Below are positions 18,489 through 28,478 of a stretch of DNA of 64,000 nt, piece by piece. The stretch is from positions 1,864,827 to 1,928,826 of the forward strand of contig OZ242262.1 of assembly GCA_965207145.1 (NCBI GenBank), read 5' to 3'. This DNA comes from Dehalococcoidia bacterium (GTDB lineage: Bacteria; Chloroflexota; Dehalococcoidia; Lucifugimonadales; UBA2962). The notes beneath the pieces were generated by a model. The model worked only from the letters and a program-made list of their open reading frames with translations, was not told where the DNA came from and did not search any database. How positions within the stretch are numbered: position 1 is the first letter of the stretch; every line of letters starts with the position of its first letter. The position numbers were made by a program, and so were the translations under genes.

Positions 18489-19463
18489 CTAGTCCCTGTC
18501 GAGACTCTCGGGATCCGCCCCTGGCACCAACGTCGATGCGTGTGGGACACCTTTATCTAGCCCATCATTCGAGTGCAAATCGTAGTCATCGGCATCGCTC
18601 GCCGGACCTACCTGGGGTATTAGGGCGATCCTGTCGTCATGTGCGAGCCTGGGCTCAGGCAATTCCCGGATCGCATCGGACAGCTGTTTCAGACCTTCGG
18701 CATCGGTCGTCGGTAGGGCGAGGGCCGACACGCCGCTGCCTCTCATAGCCTCCAGATCTCCGGAGGACAGGATCCCGGGATGGAAGTCGCCTAGGACGAT
18801 TGCATGGGCGCCGGACGTAATGGCCCTGTGAAGCCTCAATATCGACTCGATGCTGAGAGGGATCGTATCGGCGTCGATCGCAATTGCCACGCCATCTATC
18901 GGCAGCGTCTGAACCGCTCGAGAGGTCTCATCGTCAATATCGGCTGCAACGGTCAGGAACTTTCCCAGATCCTCGTCGGTCAACACCGAGCCAGGGGTTC
19001 CGGCTGCGTCGAAGACCACAAAGTCCGCCCCTGCGGCCTTTAGTTGCTCGACCTTACCGCCCGGCAATGCTCCGGTGCGAACCCCCCACGGCAGACCGCT
19101 GAGAGCCGTTGAGGCTGACTGAAGCAGGTCCTCGGACAGATCTACCTCCTCCAGGAGCAAGGCGTCGACGGGGGCCCCGGATGCATCGAGCGCCGACAGT
19201 TGCTCGGGGTCAATCCGGCCCACCATGAGGATGTCAGGTACCTTGTCGGTGCGTCTTGCAGCCCGACCAAATCCCATGGGCTCGCTGTCTCGCCTGCCCG
19301 CCCTACCGAGCAGATCGGTGAATCTCGTCATCGTGCCTGCCAAACCTTTCGTATCCTCCGTTCGCTCCCTGCCGCCCCCGGCCATCAGGCGGCTTCGTCC
19401 CGGTGACCCGAGTGTATCGGTTGGTGTGGATTCTGGACCAGCCGGTCCTTCCAGAAACTGCAA
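18489..19463 (-). CDS. hypothetical protein
   Basis: 324-aa ORF with ordinary composition. No motif recognised. Start uncertain. Confidence 0.4.
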   Translation of the reverse strand: MQFLEGPAGPESTPTDTLGSPGRSRLMAGGGRERTEDTKGLAGTMTRFTDLLGRAGRRDSEPMGFGRAARRTDKVPDILMVGRIDPEQLSALDASGAPVDALLLEEVDLSEDLLQSASTALSGLPWGVRTGALPGGKVEQLKAAGADFVVFDAAGTPGSVLTDEDLGKFLTVAADIDDETSRAVQTLPIDGVAIAIDADTIPLSIESILRLHRAITSGAHAIVLGDFHPGILSSGDLEAMRGSGVSALALPTTDAEGLKQLSDAIRELPEPRLAHDDRIALIPQVGPASDADDYDLHSNDGLDKGVPHASTLVPGADPESLDRD

Positions 19464-19542
19464 GGAGGGCCCAAAGTTCGCTTGAACTGGCGGCTCGTAT
19501 TGCAGGACGATTCCCGGTGGACTGCAATCGAGGTCGAGGCAA

Positions 19543-20232
19543 GTGAAGTATATCCAGCACGAAGGCGACTACCTGAAGTTTGTCGCGGTCGAGCCCAACG
19601 GCTACGACCGGAGCGGCTCATATCCGATGATCGTACTCTTGCACGGCTTTGGGGCCCACATGGGCGATCTGGCTGGACTGGCCCCGGCGATTGACTCCCG
19701 GGGCTACGTCTACGTGTTTCCCAACGCCCCCATAGCTATGGATATGGGCATGAAGGGCGAGAACTACGCTTGGGCACCTCTTGGAGGCGACGGCACTGAT
19801 GAGGCGCTGGCTTATGCGGACAGGCTGATTGCCGGCTTCCTGGATGAGGTAGTGAGCATGTATGGACCGCCCGAGGGGCAGGTGGTGCTGGGCGGCTTCT
19901 CACAGGGAGGTATGATGGCCTACCGCAACGCGCTTTCGTACCCGGAGAGGTTCGCGGGGATCGCCGCCCTGAGCTCCATGCTCGGCAGTGGGCGTGATAT
20001 CGAGGGAGTGATGCCTGCCACCAGAGACCAGGCCATATTCGCCTCGCATGGTACTGCCGACACGATGATCCCTGTCGCGGTAGCCCGCAAGAACATCGAA
20101 TTCCTACGATCTCATGGCTACGTCCCTGACTACCGGGAATACTCCATGGCACACGAAGTGTCGCTGCAGGTTGTCTCCGACCTGACGGTCTGGCTCCACA
20201 AAGTCGTCGACCCCTTCATCCCGGCCTCCTAG
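19543..20232 (+). CDS. phospholipase/carboxylesterase-family alpha/beta hydrolase
   Basis: VLLHGFGA and nucleophile elbow GGFSQGG. Confidence 0.8.
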   Translation: MKYIQHEGDYLKFVAVEPNGYDRSGSYPMIVLLHGFGAHMGDLAGLAPAIDSRGYVYVFPNAPIAMDMGMKGENYAWAPLGGDGTDEALAYADRLIAGFLDEVVSMYGPPEGQVVLGGFSQGGMMAYRNALSYPERFAGIAALSSMLGSGRDIEGVMPATRDQAIFASHGTADTMIPVAVARKNIEFLRSHGYVPDYREYSMAHEVSLQVVSDLTVWLHKVVDPFIPAS

Positions 20233-20329
20233 CACCAGAAAGTCCCACCAGGCTCGAAGGGCGGTTCCGCTTGGAAGCGGCCTTGTCGGGGCCGCCGTCT
20301 CCACGTACCATCTGCGCCGGGGAGTAGAC

Positions 20330-21064
20330 TTGGCCAGACGCAACGCGATCCTGGAGAGGGCGGAGAGGGGCGAGAGGTCGCTCGGATGCTGGCTGACCTT
20401 TCCTTCGGTACAGGTGGTCGAACTAATCGCGCTCGCTGGCTTTCACTTCATTCAGATCGACGGTGAGCATGGTCCATTCGCGCCGCAGGACGTCGAGAGC
20501 ACCTGCCTGGCGGCGCAGGCGGTCGGTCTGACGGTCACTGCCAGAATTCCGAGTCTGGACGCCGGCACTGTCAATTCCTACCTTGACAGGGGCATACAGG
20601 GCATCATGGGCCCCCACGTGGAGAGCTCCCTAGAGGCCGCTGCACTGGTCTCCGCCTGTCGATTTGCGCCGGAGGGAGAGCGCAGCTGGGGTGGTGGAAG
20701 GGCCCTGCATTTCAATGATCCGGGCTCCGTGCAGGACGATGACGGAAGTCGGGCTGACGTAATGGCTCGCGCCAACGCCGAGATGATCGTAACGGCCCAA
20801 TTGGAGTCCAAGGCCGCTCTTGATGCCATCGATGATCTGCTCGCCGTTCCCGGGATCGACTACTTCGCGTTCGGCCCAAACGACCTGGCCCAGTCGATGG
20901 GTCTTCCAGGCCGCCCCGAAGACCCTGCTGTCAAGGCTGCCATGGCGCAGACAGTGCAGCGGGTCCACGCCGCCGGCCGCAAGATGACCACGGATGACAT
21001 GTCGATGACGTACGTCCAGAGCCTGCTGCTTGATGCGGGCCGCGCGTTCGTCGAATCCAACTGA
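20330..21064 (+). CDS. HpcH/HpaI-family aldolase
   Basis: GCWLTFPSVQVVELIALAGFHFIQIDGEHGPF is typical of class II 2-keto-3-deoxy-acid aldolases. Confidence 0.8.
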   Translation: MARRNAILERAERGERSLGCWLTFPSVQVVELIALAGFHFIQIDGEHGPFAPQDVESTCLAAQAVGLTVTARIPSLDAGTVNSYLDRGIQGIMGPHVESSLEAAALVSACRFAPEGERSWGGGRALHFNDPGSVQDDDGSRADVMARANAEMIVTAQLESKAALDAIDDLLAVPGIDYFAFGPNDLAQSMGLPGRPEDPAVKAAMAQTVQRVHAAGRKMTTDDMSMTYVQSLLLDAGRAFVESN

Positions 21065-21077
21065 AGGAGTCCCATCA

Positions 21078-22124
21078 ATGCGAACTATGAGGGCGGCCCT
21101 TTACCAAGGTTCCAGGAAGCTCCTGGTGCAGGACGTGCCGGTCCCCGACGTTGGACCCGGCGAAGTGCTCGCTCGCGTGCGAGCCGAAGGGGTCTGCGGC
21201 TCGGACCTGCTCATCTGGTGGGACAAAACCGAGCCGGATCAGATACCGGCCGGCCATGAGGTGGCCGGTGAGATTGTCGAGGTCGGCGAGGGAGTCGATC
21301 CGGCCCGGGTGGGGGAGAGGGTCGCCATAGACATCCTGGGATTCGGCGTCAACTGCAGTTCTTGCTTCTACTGTCGGCAGGGCCAGCCCATCCAGTGCCT
21401 CGATAAGAAACCCGATACGGGCGGAGGCTATGCACAGTACATCAAGCGCAACGCCGCCGGCTGCTTCCCAATCCGCGAGAGGATGACTTGGGAGGAGGCG
21501 GCTCTGGTTGAGCCTCTTGCCGTCTCGGTGCACGGCTGTCGCCGCGGCAGACTTGAGGGCGGAGAGACGGTGCTGGTCTTGGGTGCGGGCAACATCGGCC
21601 AGACCGCGGTCGCAGCGGCACGGGCGATGGGCGCAGGCAGGGTACTGGTCACCGCCAGGCACGCCCACCAGGGCGAGTTGGCAAAATCCCTGGGTGCAGA
21701 CGTCATTCTTCCGGACCACGGCGATGAGCTTGCCGAGGCCGTCGCCGACGAAACCGCCGGCCGCGGTGCCGACCTGACGCTGGAATCGGTCGGTGGCCGG
21801 ACGGATGCAACGATCCAGCAGTCGATTCAATTCACGCGGCCACAGGGGCGCATCGTCATATTGGGGGGCTTCTGGGTGCCGATAGAGATCGACTGGATGA
21901 AGCCTCTCTTCAAGGAACAGTCGGTGATTTTCTCGTCCTGTTACTCGGTGCTCGACGGTCGGGACGACTTCGAGGTAGCAATCGACATGATGGGGTCGGG
22001 CAGGGTGGACCTGAAACCGATGGTGACACACAAGTATGCCTTGGAGGACATCCAGGAGGCCATCGACACCGCCTTTGACAAGTCCACCGGCTCCATAAAG
22101 GTCCAGATCCACCAACAGGGTTAG
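21078..22124 (+). CDS. zinc-dependent alcohol/polyol dehydrogenase (MDR family)
   Basis: GAAGGAG RBS before ATG 21078. GVCGSDL, GHEVAGEIVEVG, structural-Zn Cys cluster CSSCFYCRQGQPIQC, and GAGNIG Rossmann motif. Confidence 0.85.
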   Translation: MRTMRAALYQGSRKLLVQDVPVPDVGPGEVLARVRAEGVCGSDLLIWWDKTEPDQIPAGHEVAGEIVEVGEGVDPARVGERVAIDILGFGVNCSSCFYCRQGQPIQCLDKKPDTGGGYAQYIKRNAAGCFPIRERMTWEEAALVEPLAVSVHGCRRGRLEGGETVLVLGAGNIGQTAVAAARAMGAGRVLVTARHAHQGELAKSLGADVILPDHGDELAEAVADETAGRGADLTLESVGGRTDATIQQSIQFTRPQGRIVILGGFWVPIEIDWMKPLFKEQSVIFSSCYSVLDGRDDFEVAIDMMGSGRVDLKPMVTHKYALEDIQEAIDTAFDKSTGSIKVQIHQQG

Positions 22125-22215
22125 GATCTCCCCTCCACGCTCACCGTGGTGGGAGGAACCGGCCGGATTCGGAGAACGGGAATCGAGAGAGTACGGGTCT
22201 AGGGAGATTGACCAG

Positions 22216-23262
22216 ATGGCTGCGAAGATGAAGGCGGCGCTATGGAATGGGAAAGGCGCGATGGAGTTGGCGGAGGTCGACCGGCCTCCGGTAGAGCCCG
22301 ACGGGGCCCTCGTGCTCGTAAGGGCGGAGGGCATCTGCGGTTCGGACCTCCTGCTCTATGCGGCCAAGACCGATCGGGAGACGCAACCTGCAGGCCACGA
22401 GATAGCCGGCGAGATCGTCGAGGTCGGCGAGAGCGTTGATCCGGCCCGCATAGGAGAGCGTGTGGCCATCGAGGGAATAGGTGTTGGGCGTGCTTGCCAT
22501 ACATGCTTCTATTGCAGGGAGGGCCAGTATTTCCTCTGCGAGAACCTTTCGCCCGACACGGGCGGCGGATACGCTGAATTCGTCTCGCGCAAGGCTGCCG
22601 GCCTCTACGAATTGGCCGAGAGCATGACCTGGGAGGAGGGAGCACTTGTCGAGCCTTTCGCGGTCGGACTGCACGCCATGCGACGCGGCGAGCTGAGCGG
22701 CGGTGAGACGGTGGCTGTGCTGGGCTCGGGGACCATCGGCCTGTGCACCACCGCGGCCGCGCGCGCCATGGGCGCCGGCACAATAGTTGCGACCGCCCGT
22801 TACCCTCAGCAGGCTGAGATGGCCAGGCGCGTGGGAGCCGACATAGTCGTAGGCTCAGACGGCAGTGAGCTCAAGGAAGCGCTTGGCGAAATCACTGGCG
22901 GGCTTGGAGCCGACCTGACAGTTGAGACCGTCGGTGGGCGCACCGACGTGGCCTTGAACCAGTCTGTTGACGTCACCCGCATGCAAGGCCGGGTCGTTAC
23001 GACCGGGAACTTCTATGGCCCGATGAGAATCGACTGGATGGAGGCCCTCCTCAAAGAGATATCTATCATCTGGTCGGCCATCTACGCGACCAGCCGTGGC
23101 CGAAATGAGTTTGACATCGCCATAGAAATGATGGGATCAGAAAGGGTGGATCTACGGCCGTTGGTGACCCACAGGGTCTCTCTTACAAACATTCAGGCCG
23201 GATTCGACACGGCCGTTGATAAGAGCAGCGGCGCCATAAAGGTCCAGGTTCACACGGTCTAG
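22216..23262 (+). CDS. zinc-dependent alcohol/polyol dehydrogenase (tandem paralogue)
   Basis: GICGSDL, GHEIAGEIVEVG, CHTCFYCREGQYFLC, GSGTIG. Confidence 0.85.
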   Translation: MAAKMKAALWNGKGAMELAEVDRPPVEPDGALVLVRAEGICGSDLLLYAAKTDRETQPAGHEIAGEIVEVGESVDPARIGERVAIEGIGVGRACHTCFYCREGQYFLCENLSPDTGGGYAEFVSRKAAGLYELAESMTWEEGALVEPFAVGLHAMRRGELSGGETVAVLGSGTIGLCTTAAARAMGAGTIVATARYPQQAEMARRVGADIVVGSDGSELKEALGEITGGLGADLTVETVGGRTDVALNQSVDVTRMQGRVVTTGNFYGPMRIDWMEALLKEISIIWSAIYATSRGRNEFDIAIEMMGSERVDLRPLVTHRVSLTNIQAGFDTAVDKSSGAIKVQVHTV

Positions 23263-23819
23263 ACCCCGGGCCGCGCGGAGTAGCCGGAGCGTGCATCGCG
23301 GCCGGAAGTCCATGTCGGTGGCCCAGGCTGCGTGTCCCTCGCGGTCAGGCTGAACAGCTCACCTCTGCACAGAGTACAGAGGGGTCCGATTGCGAAATGC
23401 CGTGGTCAGACAGGGGACGACGTCCCGTACCTGGGTAAGCCGTAAACAGCATCTTCGGAGGTCAGGGCTGGTTTATCCTGCTTGCCAGTAAACAGGGGAA
23501 AGCCAAACATCTGGCTCCAATGGGAAAGCCTTCATTCAACATGCCTACTCGAGTACGTGAGGCCTGCTGGCAAGCAAAGTTGAGACACTTGAGGCAGGCG
23601 AACCTCGGCGGAAATGAATGCGCGCTCGATGTGGGGGCCACGGAGTCAAGTTGAACTGTCGGCGGCCCGGTTGCGCCGGTATTAGGTAGAAGTGACGGAG
23701 TGACTCCTTGGCCAGTGCGGGAGTACCTGAAGTGGGAGGAGATGCGATTCTAGTCCGGAGCGTATCCCGCCCAGCGACAGGTCGAAATTGCGAGTCTTAA
23801 CCAAACTCGGGAGAAATTC

Positions 23820-24578
23820 ATGCCTGGGAAACTGGACAGTAAGGTAAGCATCATCACCGGAGCCAGCTCAGGCATAGGGCGGTGTACTGCCCTCCTCTTT
23901 GCAGGGGAAGGTGCGAAGGTCATCGTCGCCGACGTCAACGAGCGAGGCGGCGAGGAGACTGTCGCGCTCATAGACGAGTCCGGAGGAGACGCTCTTTTCG
24001 TCCAGACCGATGTCTCCCAGCCCTCTCAGGTCCAGGAAATGGTCCAGCGCGCGATAGATTGCTACGGCAAGGTGGACCTGCTAATCAATGTTGCCGGCAG
24101 GCAGGTACAGACTCCTCCCCTGGTCGACGTTACAGAAGAGGAGTGGGACTTGGTGATGGATATCAACGTCAAGGGTATTTTCCTTTGCTGCAAGTACGCG
24201 ATTCCCCGCATGCTCGAAGCGGGAGGAGGAGCCATCGTAAACGTGGCCTCCATAAATGCGCTGCGAGGCTCGACGTTTTCGGCTCCCTATTCCGTGAGCA
24301 AGGCTGGCGTGGTGCAGTTGACAAGGACCGCCAGCAGCCAGTATGCGACGGATGGAATCCGTTCCAACTGCGTACTCCCGGGCCTCATCGACACCCCCGG
24401 CTCTCAGGCCGTGGAAGGCGCAGCCGGCATATTCGATGAGTACGTGTCAGGGATTCCTCTAGGACGGGCCGGCCAGCCCGAGGATGTCGCCAAGCTCATC
24501 CTCTATCTCGCCTCTGATGATGCAGCCTTCGTAACCGGCTCCGCATACGTTATCGATGGTGGAGACGACGTTCGATGA
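23820..24578 (+). CDS. SDR-family oxidoreductase
   Basis: ITGASSGIGR, NVAG, YSVSKAG catalytic YxxxK. Confidence 0.9.
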   Translation: MPGKLDSKVSIITGASSGIGRCTALLFAGEGAKVIVADVNERGGEETVALIDESGGDALFVQTDVSQPSQVQEMVQRAIDCYGKVDLLINVAGRQVQTPPLVDVTEEEWDLVMDINVKGIFLCCKYAIPRMLEAGGGAIVNVASINALRGSTFSAPYSVSKAGVVQLTRTASSQYATDGIRSNCVLPGLIDTPGSQAVEGAAGIFDEYVSGIPLGRAGQPEDVAKLILYLASDDAAFVTGSAYVIDGGDDVR

Positions 24579-24596
24579 ACTGACACACTTTCGGAC

Positions 24597-25412
24597 TCAA
24601 TAGGGGTACTCAGGGTGACCCTTACCCTGCGTACCCTCACCGGCCTCGGGCGCGGAGGCCACTGTAGCTTCCCCAGCCGCTTCGACCGCTGTTGCGCTCT
24701 GTTGCTCTGAAGGTCCGGTGCTGGATTCGCCAGCGTCGTCCGAGTCCTGATCCCGGCTTGACTCGAGTCCGGAATCTCCGCCTCCGCTCACTTCTGACAC
24801 CACCCGTCGCATCTGCTCTTCCGCCCACCGCTTAATCTCGTCCAGCGAGGGGGGTGATATGTAGAACACCTGTATGTCGCCGGGAAACTGCACCCGGTGG
24901 TCTTCGCTGAGGATACACAGTCCCGCCTCATCATCCCCTAGGGTCTTGTCTATTGCGGTGGCCATGTGTGAATACCTGGCCTTCATGGCGTCGTCGAGGG
25001 AGTCTCTGGCTATCCTGGCGACCCTCTCGCTGGCCAGTCCCATCGACAGGCATAGTCTCCAATCGGAGGCCTCAAGGAACGCCTCCTGGTGGTCGGTTGG
25101 CTCAAGTGTCGCGGTAGACTGGCACAGGACATTTACGAAGGCGTGCCCGTGGGGGTTGAGGCTTTCCACCGTACGCAGCCCCTCCTCACCCGGCTTGAAC
25201 ACGGACTCGTGGTATACGTGCGTTACCTTGCTAAGGGTTCGTTCAAGACTCTCCACCTGCTGACGCACCTCGTCCCAGTAGCGGTTGAGCATCTGCACAA
25301 GGTCGTCTGGAATACCAGGGCCCGCCAGCAACGTGGGTACCAGGTAAATCTTGCGGCCGGACCTAAAGTTCTCTGCTTTCGGTCTCGGAATTTCCGTGAT
25401 TCGCTGGGTCAT
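24597..25412 (-). CDS. hypothetical protein with acidic low-complexity tail, translationally close to fdhA
   Basis: 271-aa ORF starting 6 nt downstream of the fdhA stop. No motif recognised. It is not FdhD-like, as it has no Cys-loop. Confidence 0.5.
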   Translation of the reverse strand: MTQRITEIPRPKAENFRSGRKIYLVPTLLAGPGIPDDLVQMLNRYWDEVRQQVESLERTLSKVTHVYHESVFKPGEEGLRTVESLNPHGHAFVNVLCQSTATLEPTDHQEAFLEASDWRLCLSMGLASERVARIARDSLDDAMKARYSHMATAIDKTLGDDEAGLCILSEDHRVQFPGDIQVFYISPPSLDEIKRWAEEQMRRVVSEVSGGGDSGLESSRDQDSDDAGESSTGPSEQQSATAVEAAGEATVASAPEAGEGTQGKGHPEYPY

Positions 25413-25418
25413 TTCGTG

Positions 25419-28166
25419 TCAGCCGTCCGCAATCTCCACCCTGACGGCGCAGACCTTGAACTCCGGTATTTTGGAATCCGGGTCCAGAGCTGAGTTGGTG
25501 AGGAAGTTGGCGGCCGACTCCTTCAGCTTCGTAAAGGGCACGAATACCTGTCCCTCCTCCATCTTTTCGTCAAATATCACACGCGCCTCTAAAGATCCTC
25601 TACGCGATTTCAACCGTGCCCAGACACCCTCCTCCAGGCCGTAGCGTTCCCCGTCCCGTTCGTTCATCGAAACGGTCACCTCGGGCGCGCGGGCCATGAG
25701 GGCGGATGCCCTACGCGTGATGGTACCGCCGTGCCAGTGGTACAGGATGCGGCCGGTGTTAAGGATCAGGGGGAAGCGTTTCGTGGGCATTTCCTCCGCC
25801 GCTGGACCCTGGTCGAAGGCGACGAACCTCGCTGGCTCGCCGTGCGGAAACTCATCCGCGTAAAGGTAGCGGGTGCCGGGGTGTTCGGGGGTAGTGCAGG
25901 GCCATTGCACCCCTCCCTCGCGCTCCAGTCGGTCGTAGTCGATGCCGCTGAACATCGGGACCAACGCGGCCATCTCATCCCATATCTGCGAGGGGTGTGA
26001 AAAAGAAAACTGGCCATCGAGTTCAAGCCCCCGTCGCTTGGCTACGCGCTTTGCAAGATCGCATACGATCTCCCAATCCGGCCTGCTGTCACCAACCGGC
26101 TTTACCGCCTTGCGAACCCGCTGTACCCGGCGCTCGCTGTTGGTGAACGTTCCGTCCTTTTCGGCAAAGGAGGTGGCCGGTAGCACCACGTCGGCTATCT
26201 CAGCGGTCTCGTTCATGAAGATGTCCTGCACGACCAAGAACTCGAGGCTCTCAAAGGCCCTCTGGGCATGGGTCAGGTCGGGTTCCGACAACAGGGGATT
26301 CTCCCCGGTCACGTACATGGCCTTTATTCCGCCGGTAACCATCTCGCCGGTCATCTCGGTGATCACGAGACCGCCTTTCTCAGGCAAGGGGTGTCCGCCC
26401 CACGCCTGTTGGAAGCGGGCGAATTGGTCCGACTCTACTTTCTGGTAACCCGGGAATGAATCGGGAAGGCAGCCGGAGTCTCCGCAGCCCTGTACGTTGT
26501 TCTGGCCCCTAAGGGGCGAGACGCCTGAACCCGGTCTACCCAGCTGTCCCGTTACCAGGGCGAGGTTGAGCAGGCTGTGCACATTGGGGGTGCCGTTCGT
26601 GTGCTGAGTGATGCCCATACCCCAGATGAGGCAGGAACCAGAGAACGGCGGCGAAGCGTATGTGCGCGCCGCTTCGGCCACATCTTCGGCTGGCACCCCG
26701 GTGATTCTCTCGGCAAACGATGCGCTGTAGCGCCCGATAACGGCGCGCCACTCCTCGAAGCCCTCGGTCCTGGCACGGATGAATTCCTCATTGGCCAGGC
26801 CCTCCTCCAATATCACGTTGGCCATGGCGTTGAACAGCGCCACGTCGGTACCCGGTCTCGGCCTGAGCCACAGGTCGGCGTAGTCGCACATTCCAATGCG
26901 CCTGGGATTGATTACGATCAGCTTGGCGCCGCGTTCGACCACAGCCCGCCGCATGCGAGCTGCGGCAACCGGATGGTTGGAGTCGGCGTCCGAGCCGGCG
27001 ATCATCAGGCAGCCGGCCTCCTCGTAGTCGACGTATGAATTGGACGTGGCCCCGCTGCCCAGCGCGATCTGCATCGCCGCCACTGAGGGCGCATGACACA
27101 GGCGAGTGCAATGGTCAATGTTATTGGACTTCATCACGAGCCGGGCGAACTTCTGCTGGACGTAGCCGTCCTCGTTAGTGGCCTTGGCAGAGCAAAGGGT
27201 GCCGAACTCCTCACCGCTGTAGCGAGCCAGCCTGTCGGAGACGGTGTCCAGTGCCTCGTCCCAGCTCACCGGCCGAAGCACGCCGTCCTTTCGAACCAGC
27301 GGCTCGGTCAGGCGACTCTTGTCGTGTACGAACGTGTACCCGAACCGTCCCTTGACGCAGAGCATACCCAGGCTTGACCGGTTGTCCGGGTCATCCAACA
27401 TCTCAACTATGCTGCCTTCGCCATTAATCCTGGCTTTAATGCCGCAGCCGACCCCGCAGTAGGGGCAGGTGGTGTTGATGGTTCTGGCGACATTGGAGAC
27501 CGCCTGTTTGGTGCGGATGGCTCCGGTAGGGCAAACGGAAAGACACTGGCCGCAAGTTGTGCATACCGAGTCCGCAAGGTTACGGTCCATGAAAGTGCCG
27601 ATTCGGCTGGATGCGGCGCCGGTTCCAAGGAAGTCGATGGCGCCTATGAACTGATGGCTGTCCTGGCAGGCACGGGTGCAGCGTCCGCAGAGGATGCAGT
27701 CCTGCATAGCTATGTCGAATACCGGGTTGGATGTATCCGCCATATCCCTTGGACGGCCCGACCATCGCGAGGAAGCGATGCCATGGTGCTCGGCGGCGAC
27801 GGTCAACTCGCGGTGGTCGACCATATCCGGCGCGCCGTTCTCCGAAGGGGACTGCGGGACGCAGACCGTGTCCGACTCCGGAAACATGGCCATGGTCAGC
27901 TCTATCACGCCGGAGCGGATGCGACGCAGGCCCGGTGTATCCGTTCGAATCCTCATCCCGTTGGCTGCCGGAAGGGAGCAGGAGGCCGGATAGCCGCCCA
28001 CACCATCCACCTGCACCAGGCAGGTGCGGCAGGCCCCGATCGGCTTCATGTCAGGATCTTTACACAACTGGGACAGATAGGTGCCGGAGAGATTGACGGC
28101 ATCCAGTACCGAGGCCCCGTGGCCCACGACGACCTTCCGTCCGTCTATCGACACTTCCATGCTCAT
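25419..28166 (-). CDS. fdhA: formate dehydrogenase alpha subunit, NAD-linked FdsA/FdhA type, Cys active site
   Basis: N-terminal 2Fe-2S and 4Fe-4S Cys clusters plus a molybdopterin oxidoreductase body. NIDHCTRLCHAPSVAAM aligns to the FdhF CARVUHGPSVAG site with Cys in place of Sec. Confidence 0.9.
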   Translation of the reverse strand: MSMEVSIDGRKVVVGHGASVLDAVNLSGTYLSQLCKDPDMKPIGACRTCLVQVDGVGGYPASCSLPAANGMRIRTDTPGLRRIRSGVIELTMAMFPESDTVCVPQSPSENGAPDMVDHRELTVAAEHHGIASSRWSGRPRDMADTSNPVFDIAMQDCILCGRCTRACQDSHQFIGAIDFLGTGAASSRIGTFMDRNLADSVCTTCGQCLSVCPTGAIRTKQAVSNVARTINTTCPYCGVGCGIKARINGEGSIVEMLDDPDNRSSLGMLCVKGRFGYTFVHDKSRLTEPLVRKDGVLRPVSWDEALDTVSDRLARYSGEEFGTLCSAKATNEDGYVQQKFARLVMKSNNIDHCTRLCHAPSVAAMQIALGSGATSNSYVDYEEAGCLMIAGSDADSNHPVAAARMRRAVVERGAKLIVINPRRIGMCDYADLWLRPRPGTDVALFNAMANVILEEGLANEEFIRARTEGFEEWRAVIGRYSASFAERITGVPAEDVAEAARTYASPPFSGSCLIWGMGITQHTNGTPNVHSLLNLALVTGQLGRPGSGVSPLRGQNNVQGCGDSGCLPDSFPGYQKVESDQFARFQQAWGGHPLPEKGGLVITEMTGEMVTGGIKAMYVTGENPLLSEPDLTHAQRAFESLEFLVVQDIFMNETAEIADVVLPATSFAEKDGTFTNSERRVQRVRKAVKPVGDSRPDWEIVCDLAKRVAKRRGLELDGQFSFSHPSQIWDEMAALVPMFSGIDYDRLEREGGVQWPCTTPEHPGTRYLYADEFPHGEPARFVAFDQGPAAEEMPTKRFPLILNTGRILYHWHGGTITRRASALMARAPEVTVSMNERDGERYGLEEGVWARLKSRRGSLEARVIFDEKMEEGQVFVPFTKLKESAANFLTNSALDPDSKIPEFKVCAVRVEIADG

Positions 28167-28181
28167 CTCTGCGCGTCCGGG

Positions 28182-28409
28182 CTACCCACTGGACGGTCTA
28201 TCCTCACTACGGCGTCCGGTGCCCTTGCCGACGCGACGTCTCGGTCTGGTCGGCTGCGACCAGGCGACGCCCAGCGCGGCTCCAATTCCTACCCCTGTTG
28301 CCACACCAATGGCCACCGAGTCGAGGAAAGCGCCGGTTGCAACACCTGCGGCGATGCCGATGGCCACTCCTGCGCACAGCCGGCTGTTGCTACCGATGTT
28401 CATGTTCAC
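28182..28409 (-). CDS. small glycine-zipper membrane protein (hypothetical)
   Basis: 75 aa with GxxxG-rich sequence GVAIGIAAGVATGAF...AIGVATGVGIGAALG and a basic tail. It sits between the NuoF-like gene and fdhA. Confidence 0.4.
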   Translation of the reverse strand: MNMNIGSNSRLCAGVAIGIAAGVATGAFLDSVAIGVATGVGIGAALGVAWSQPTRPRRRVGKGTGRRSEDRPSSG

Positions 28410-28478
28410 AGTCCATGCACTAGTCGCATAAATCCGGGAGCGCGATCAGGCCGTCTCACCAATCCTATAACACGAACA

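Noticed and set aside
21075-22334. 419-aa minus-strand ORF across the first Zn-ADH gene (also 22199..22783 and 22240..22674 across the second)
   Set aside because: R/P/G/A/H-rich antisense products typical of GC-rich DNA. The plus-strand ADHs carry complete catalytic and Rossmann motifs.
25419-28166. Selenocysteine in the formate dehydrogenase
   Set aside because: The active-site column reads CTRLCH (Cys), and the ORF is uninterrupted.
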